Positions 59,253 through 64,000 of a stretch of DNA of 64,000 bases are shown piece by piece (positions within the stretch are counted from its first letter, which is position 1; the number at the start of each line of letters is the position of its first letter). Source of the stretch: a virus; IMG/VR virus record IMGVR_UViG_3300046001_008198, positions 1-64,000 of that record; one strand, 5' to 3'. The notes under the pieces were generated by a model, which saw nothing but the letters and a program-made list of their open reading frames with translations, did no database searches and was not told the DNA's origin. A program made the translations under genes and the position numbers.

Positions 59253-59924
59253 TTACCACTTAATTACATCCCCAGTATTCTTTTTGAGAATAGAGTTGAT
59301 GATGTTAAAAATGTCCATGTCATTCCAATTCTTTTTATCTGGATTCGGAATAAACATTTTATAGTTGTGCTCACTTATAAGAGAACCGAATGCTTCAACT
59401 GCATCACCTACGAACACATAAATAATCCCTGTTTGGTCTTGCATTGATTCAATGATTGCTTTTGTAACAGGTCCCCATAAGATAGCATGGCTGTCAGGTT
59501 TTCCTAATGTACAAGTAGCAGCTACATTGAGCATGAGTACACCTTGCTTTACTAAATATTCAAGATTTGCTTGAGGTAAGTCTTCTGGATCTGTAGGAAA
59601 TGCATCTGCAAAGAATTTTGCATTAGCGTTCTGTACATAACCTGATAGCGCTAACCCGTCTGCTTGTCCTGATCCTTCAAATGGAAGTCCATTAATGAAT
59701 ACAACTCGTACATCATCAGGTGGACATAACATCATAGATTTGAAGATATCTTTCATCGGTGGAGTAAATGTAGCTCCTGATGTAACATCTTCCAACCATT
59801 TTGCAACCAGTGGAGTGAATATTGGATTTTTGATAATCGGTACAAGGATGTTATTCCATGGGGAATTTTCATACTTTTGTACTAACCTCTCAATGAGGTC
59901 TTCTTTACTTAATTGATTTGACAT
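59253..59924 (-). CDS. Family-1 uracil-DNA glycosylase homolog, catalytic motifs degenerate (223 aa)
   Basis: DDVRVVF, GQADGLALS, KQGVLMLN, SH..W match UNG, but GQDPYH reads NGLPFE and HPSP reads IPNP; ATG 59924 preferred. Confidence 0.82.
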   Translation of the reverse strand: MSNQLSKEDLIERLVQKYENSPWNNILVPIIKNPIFTPLVAKWLEDVTSGATFTPPMKDIFKSMMLCPPDDVRVVFINGLPFEGSGQADGLALSGYVQNANAKFFADAFPTDPEDLPQANLEYLVKQGVLMLNVAATCTLGKPDSHAILWGPVTKAIIESMQDQTGIIYVFVGDAVEAFGSLISEHNYKMFIPNPDKKNWNDMDIFNIINSILKKNTGDVIKW

Positions 59925-60216
59925 GAGTGAAAAAAAGTATAAAGGGATTAAACTTGAATCTCTAATTAACATTAAAATAAGCGGAGCTTTCTATGCTGAT
60001 TTGAAGACTGTACTATTTGAGTATGTCCATGAAGGAGAAACTCAGGAAAGCGTAACTTTAATGCTGAAAAATATTCAGAATAAAACCGTAACAACTTCTA
60101 AAGAAAAGTATTGCTATCTTATAATGGCATTGCTGGCGCAAGTAGAAGCTGATGCGGCTGATCAAGGATTGATCGATGACTTTGTTAAACCTAGCGAAGA
60201 AGATCTCCAAAATTAA
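59923..60216 (+). CDS. Hypothetical protein (97 aa), only rightward gene in replication block
   Basis: Fills the 59925-60190 gap, where the track lists no independent minus-strand ORF; protein-like composition. Confidence 0.7.
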   Translation: MSEKKYKGIKLESLINIKISGAFYADLKTVLFEYVHEGETQESVTLMLKNIQNKTVTTSKEKYCYLIMALLAQVEADAADQGLIDDFVKPSEEDLQN

Positions 60217-60586
60217 TATTTAGGAATACACCGATTTCAATTACGGTTTCAATTACATTACTGAGCTCTTCTTTAGAACAATCTGTAAAGGATCGGTATT
60301 CTCTATTGTTTGCATCGCCTGTGTATAAACCACACTTGTGTTTTAGATCGATTTTAGATGCAGCCATACTTTGACCTTGTTCTTTAGCAATTTCAGCAAG
60401 ACATGCATGAATTTTTGCAATTTGCGCTTTGGTTCCAGTATGCGATCTGATTTCGAATAGGACATCAACTGTTTCATCTTCTTTGAGGGATGCTAGAAAG
60501 AATTTATACTTTTCTTGGCACACCCCATTCTCAACGATTAGCTTTCCATCCTTTTTGTACATTTTAAGACTGAGGGACTGACTCAT
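60191..60586 (-). CDS. NinB/Orf-like recombination protein (131 aa)
   Basis: T.AQ..KIHA.L.EIA...G and SF.D.SKEEL...IE pattern. Confidence 0.55.
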   Translation of the reverse strand: MSQSLSLKMYKKDGKLIVENGVCQEKYKFFLASLKEDETVDVLFEIRSHTGTKAQIAKIHACLAEIAKEQGQSMAASKIDLKHKCGLYTGDANNREYRSFTDCSKEELSNVIETVIEIGVFLNINFGDLLR

Positions 60587-61157
60587 GGATTTTCTTTATT
60601 AAGAGTGTTGGATTGATTTCGAATTCTTCCCATGGCTTTGATGATAGTAACTCTTCCAATCGGTCGTATCTAAAATCATCTTCATCTTCATCTTCATCGT
60701 CTTCTTTAATTTCAGCTTCGGGGTTTGCAAGATACGCTTTATAACTATCAGTTGTTTTAGTAGCGCTGTATTCTTTGTTATCTAAATCTCTGAATTCAAA
60801 AAGATAATCTGTTGATAATTCGGATTCTTTGGTACAACGATATTCTCCATACATCCACATACCGCTTTCTTCTGCTGAACCTTCGCATGTAAGATTGAAA
60901 CCGTATGCTAAAAGAAATAAATCTTCTATGCTGGGTCCCCATTTACTTTGATAAGTCAGGAGAAGACTATCGCCATCTAAATCAAATTCACACTCAAATA
61001 ATGCTTTTGAATTATCCCCTACTTCAAGAAATGGTAGATAAAATCCTTCATTTTTTTGTAGTGCTATTTGACAAGACTGTTGCATTTTGGCATGTAGAAT
61101 GCTTAGAAGTTGAGGTGCTCCTTTAAATTGTACTGAGTTATAACACCAATTAGCCAT
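60564..61157 (-). CDS. YubB/DUF1281 ferredoxin-like fold protein (197 aa)
   Basis: MANWCYN N-terminus, SKWGP, EESGM. Confidence 0.7.
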   Translation of the reverse strand: MANWCYNSVQFKGAPQLLSILHAKMQQSCQIALQKNEGFYLPFLEVGDNSKALFECEFDLDGDSLLLTYQSKWGPSIEDLFLLAYGFNLTCEGSAEESGMWMYGEYRCTKESELSTDYLFEFRDLDNKEYSATKTTDSYKAYLANPEAEIKEDDEDEDEDDFRYDRLEELLSSKPWEEFEINPTLLIKKIHESVPQS

Positions 61158-63516
61158 CTTTAATAGTTTTAAATGTGTATGCTTGTTTTATTTCAACCTT
61201 GAGTTTAGCTCGCGTGATTGCTGTGTACAACCATCGGGCTTTATTCCAAGCATCGCTTAGCCAATCGGCATTAATGTAGACATGATCCCATTCCTGACCT
61301 TGCGGTTTATTTAATTGTTATTTTTTGAGTGTGTTTATCAAACACATAACAATTACCTTCTGTTTCCATGAAGGATTGGACTATATCTTTAACATTTGCA
61401 TTACAATATGCTATGAATGATACACTGTAAGTTTTTGAGAATTTCCATTTCACATCATGCAAAGTATTATGTTTTGCTGTAGTTGTGAGCGTACTCCAAG
61501 TATGTCTATTATTAAAAAATAGATTTGCTTCAAGTGCATTTTTAAAAATTAGAATTTGATTTTCATTTTCTAAAATGATAGGTGGATGTTTTGTTTTACC
61601 TGCTTGTGGATTTCCATAACCTTTTCTTTGTTTAGATAAGTTTTCAGAGAAGCCTGTTGGTTTAGCAACACCTTTAATTTTTTTAGATATCAAATGAGAA
61701 GTAATCTTTTTAGATTCTTCTGTAAGCATTGAATATGTATCACCTCCTTTACCACCAATAGTTTGATTAGTTAAAGAGTGTTTTTGTGAATATATTTTAA
61801 TGTAATGCTTTTCTAATAGATTAGAGATAATTTCAGAACAACAATCTATTTCGGTAATTATTGCTTTTGTTGGCAATAAGTTATGTAAATAAGAAAGCCT
61901 TTTGTTCCAATTAACTGATCCTTTATTTGCAGCAGTTACTCTTCTGTAATGTGCAGATAATCTATCTTTTAATTCTAATTTAGTACAACCAATATAAAAT
62001 ATTTCATTGGTCAATGGATTACTTAATGTGTAAATCTTATGTGTGTTCATAGTTTTGATTATAAAGATAAGCTTTATGAATCGATGTTGCAAATATTACT
62101 TCCTGTTTCGGATAAAGTTTGATAACTTTTCCTACTCTACTTCCTTCCATTCTAAAAGAATGTGGTTTCGATAGTCTCTGAACCTTACCCATTTTACAAG
62201 GTCTTGGCTGCTGATTGCCCATTCGACATCTCAGTAATTTTTAAGCATTCACACTTACTCTTTGGAGTTATGTTGTAGCTTACTGAGCTTTAGGGTATTC
62301 CAGCAATTAAAGAAGTTTTATAAGACCCAAGTTAAGCCTTGTGTGTGCTTGTTGCATAGCCATAGGTACTAATGATAACCGAAGATTTCCATCCGAGTAC
62401 TCGCTTGTTACCAAAATATACGGCTGTAGTAAATCTCTTATCAAATTTGAAAGAGTTTATCTTCATAAGCATTGATGGATGTAGACTTGGTTTATCAAGG
62501 TCTGTGACTAATAGAGTTTGAAACTTTCTATCGATGAATTTAGGATCGGTAGTTTCTATCTCATGTTCGATGAATACGAATGAGTAAATGCCATAGACAG
62601 GATTATTTTTAGTGCCTGTGTCAATTTCTCTTCGGAAGGTATCAAGCACAACTGGATTACGAATTACATATTGCTCACCATTGTTGTACAAGGTGTTTGC
62701 TACAGAGATAACTCTTTCATAGTCATTGATAGGGTTTTTGATTTCATCCTTGTATCTCACACCTCTGATCAATCGATTGTATTCTAATCTTTTGTTATTA
62801 GTGGATGTAAGCAGGATGTAACTTTTATTTCCTGTGATGTCAGCTATTAGTTCTGGGCTGAACTTTTTAACTACACTGAAATCTTCTGAACCGTTATCAA
62901 TTAGATGACATTCATTTGATTGACGAAGATGTGTTGCTACTTTGAGGATTGCTCCATCGTTGCGCTTTACTTCATACAAAGTGAACATCCATTCTTCTTT
63001 GAATTCCATGTTAGAGTTATTCCATGAGAATATTTGCGGGTCTTTGCCAACAGGTTCCAATTGGAATCCATCGCCCATAAATATAATCTTTGCACTTGCT
63101 TTCTTTGCTTCACTTAATAAATCAAGAAGAACTTGTTCATCAATCATAGAGCATTCGTCAACAATGTACACACGGCGAAGGTCAAGACCTTTACCTTTTT
63201 TGAACTCGCCTGTTTTTTCATCAGGACCTCCGTATAATGCTGAATGTAATGTAGAGAAAGAGGTTGAATTGTTTATAATCTTTTCTCTTAATCTTTTTAC
63301 TGCAGCATTGGTTGGAGCCATAACATCGGCTTTAAAATATACAGCTATGTTTTCAGCAATGGTTGTTTTACCAGTACCTGCATAACCGCTTAGAAGAAAG
63401 TATCTTTCTCCGCTTTTTTCCCATTCCAGTATCTTTTCTAAAGCACCCCTCTGATCCGCTGTGTATTCAATTACATTGGATCGAGAGGTGAATATATCTT
63501 TTACAATTTGACTCAT
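61150..63516 (-). CDS. Intron-split RecD/Dda-like SF1B helicase, 444 aa after splicing; exon1 62335-63516, exon2 61150-61302
   Basis: GYAGTGKTT, IVDECSM, GDGFQLEPV; splicing gives YATSTHKA|QGQEW; exon2 QGQEWDHVYINADWLSDAWNKARWLYTAITRAK...DG*. Confidence 0.92.
61303..62334 (-). mobile_element. Group I intron (1032 nt, IA2-like with P7.1) with GIY-YIG homing endonuclease
   Basis: P1 AAGGCU/GGUCUU with U-G; P10 CUUG/CAAG; P3 ACUUCUUU/AAGGAAGU; Q GGCAAUCAGCAGCC; R GUUCAGAGACUAUC; S AAGAUAUAGUCC; P9 CCUUC/GAAGG; terminal G. Confidence 0.93.
61307..62050 (-). CDS. GIY-YIG homing endonuclease (247 aa)
   Basis: KIYTL..P.....FYIGCT...LKDRL..H, E...I, NQTIGG; ATG 62050 preferred. Confidence 0.9.
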   Translation of the reverse strand: MNTHKIYTLSNPLTNEIFYIGCTKLELKDRLSAHYRRVTAANKGSVNWNKRLSYLHNLLPTKAIITEIDCCSEIISNLLEKHYIKIYSQKHSLTNQTIGGKGGDTYSMLTEESKKITSHLISKKIKGVAKPTGFSENLSKQRKGYGNPQAGKTKHPPIILENENQILIFKNALEANLFFNNRHTWSTLTTTAKHNTLHDVKWKFSKTYSVSFIAYCNANVKDIVQSFMETEGNCYVFDKHTQKITIK

Positions 63517-63517
63517 G

Positions 63518-64000
63518 TTATTCGCGAGCCCATCCGTAAAACATATAGAGTCCTACACTTTCTTTACTGCTAGGTTTATAATTTACGGTTGCTGTAAGTG
63601 TGCTACCTTTTTCTAATTTTTTAGCTATGTTGATTGTACATTTACGCTTATTCTTTTCACTCCAAGTGCGAGCTTTTGTAAGAGCTTCGCCTTTTGTAGC
63701 ACATGAGTCAAGTAAATCGTCACCGCTGGATGTAGAAATTTCAAAGACCTGGATCCATTTTTTAGTTCCTTTTTCTACATGGTGTTCAACTGTAGTTTTA
63801 ATTTTAGATTTATTTTCTACTGGTTTGACTAATTCCATGAAATAAATGGCTTCATCATTATTTGATGCATACTCTTCTGCAAAGTCGTAGAATCCTTTCT
63901 TTTTTGCTTTTGCGAAGTCGCAAGTTCTATCAATCAAGCGGTGTGATTTGCTTGAATTAATAGTTCCTGAATAACCTTCTTGATGGCCCATTTCATCATC
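63518..64000 (-). CDS. Hypothetical protein, probably 5'-truncated by window edge
   Basis: Frame stays open upstream of the ATG (GAT GAT GAA ATG GGC CAT); GHQEGYSG motif. Confidence 0.7.
   Translation of the reverse strand, partial: DDEMGHQEGYSGTINSSKSHRLIDRTCDFAKAKKKGFYDFAEEYASNNDEAIYFMELVKPVENKSKIKTTVEHHVEKGTKKWIQVFEISTSSGDDLLDSCATKGEALTKARTWSEKNKRKCTINIAKKLEKGSTLTATVNYKPSSKESVGLYMFYGWARE

Larger units (their letters stand above)
1..64000. mobile_element. crAss-like (Crassvirales-type) bacteriophage genome segment
   Basis: Giant virion RNAP with DYDID catalytic motif and zincin fusions; large ejected proteins; convergent replication block with PolB, DnaB, primase, MoxR/VWA; Bacteroidota-type TAnnTTTG promoters; no host housekeeping genes. 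Confidence 0.9.

Noticed and set aside
60670-60710. TCATCT-type microsatellite
   Set aside because: Simply encodes an acidic EDDEDEDEDD run in the YubB-like protein
62037-62222. 61-aa minus-strand ORF (MGNQQPRPCKMGKVQRL...)
   Set aside because: It is a translation of the group I intron Q/P6/R core, not a gene
1850-63845. Many 60-147 aa antisense or alternate-frame ORFs nested in long genes (e.g. 10505-10831, 27536-27895, 57535-57858, 62942-63385)
   Set aside because: Shadows of codon bias on the opposite strand or frame, with no motifs or independent signals
1-64000. Stop-codon reassignment (TAG or TGA), known in some crAss-like phages
   Set aside because: Very long ORFs are intact in code 11, genes tile tightly, and TAG/TGA end genes at sensible places (e.g. 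47972, 52614)
1-64000. CRISPR array, tRNA or rRNA genes
   Set aside because: No repeat-spacer periodicity or cloverleaf seen; the GTTCAA at about 44053 has no tRNA context

Overview
64 kb segment of a crAss-like (Crassvirales-type, probably Bacteroidota-infecting) phage genome, AT-rich and read with standard code 11. Positions 1-34352 (+) form a tightly packed virion cargo module of large Gly/Ala-rich proteins with repeated xAxGG motifs. It ends in four abutting genes (2082, 3833, 195 and 1942 aa); the 3833-aa product is a single-chain virion RNA polymerase (RIP...GADYDIDK) fused to a zincin domain, a SLOG-like domain and a C-terminal NADAR-like domain. Positions 34353-64000 (almost all -) form the converging early/replication module: two N6-adenine MTases, a PAPS-reductase-family protein, many small hypothetical genes, DUF932, family B DNA polymerase, PD-(D/E)XK nuclease, MoxR ATPase + metallopeptidase/VWA, primase, SSB-like protein, Sak4-like ATPase, DnaB, an apparently inactive UNG homolog, NinB-like, YubB-like and a RecD/Dda-like helicase. 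Two group I introns missed by the ORF track were resolved to the base: 52566-53665 (LAGLIDADG) splits the HExxH motif of the VWA gene, and 61303-62334 (GIY-YIG) splits the THKA|QG helicase motif. The most unusual signal is that the four largest contiguous cargo proteins contain only 7 Cys in about 8,050 residues, 6 of them at the termini facing each other across gene junctions, suggesting a head-to-tail linked ejection chain. All family assignments come from motif recognition by eye; no searches were run.
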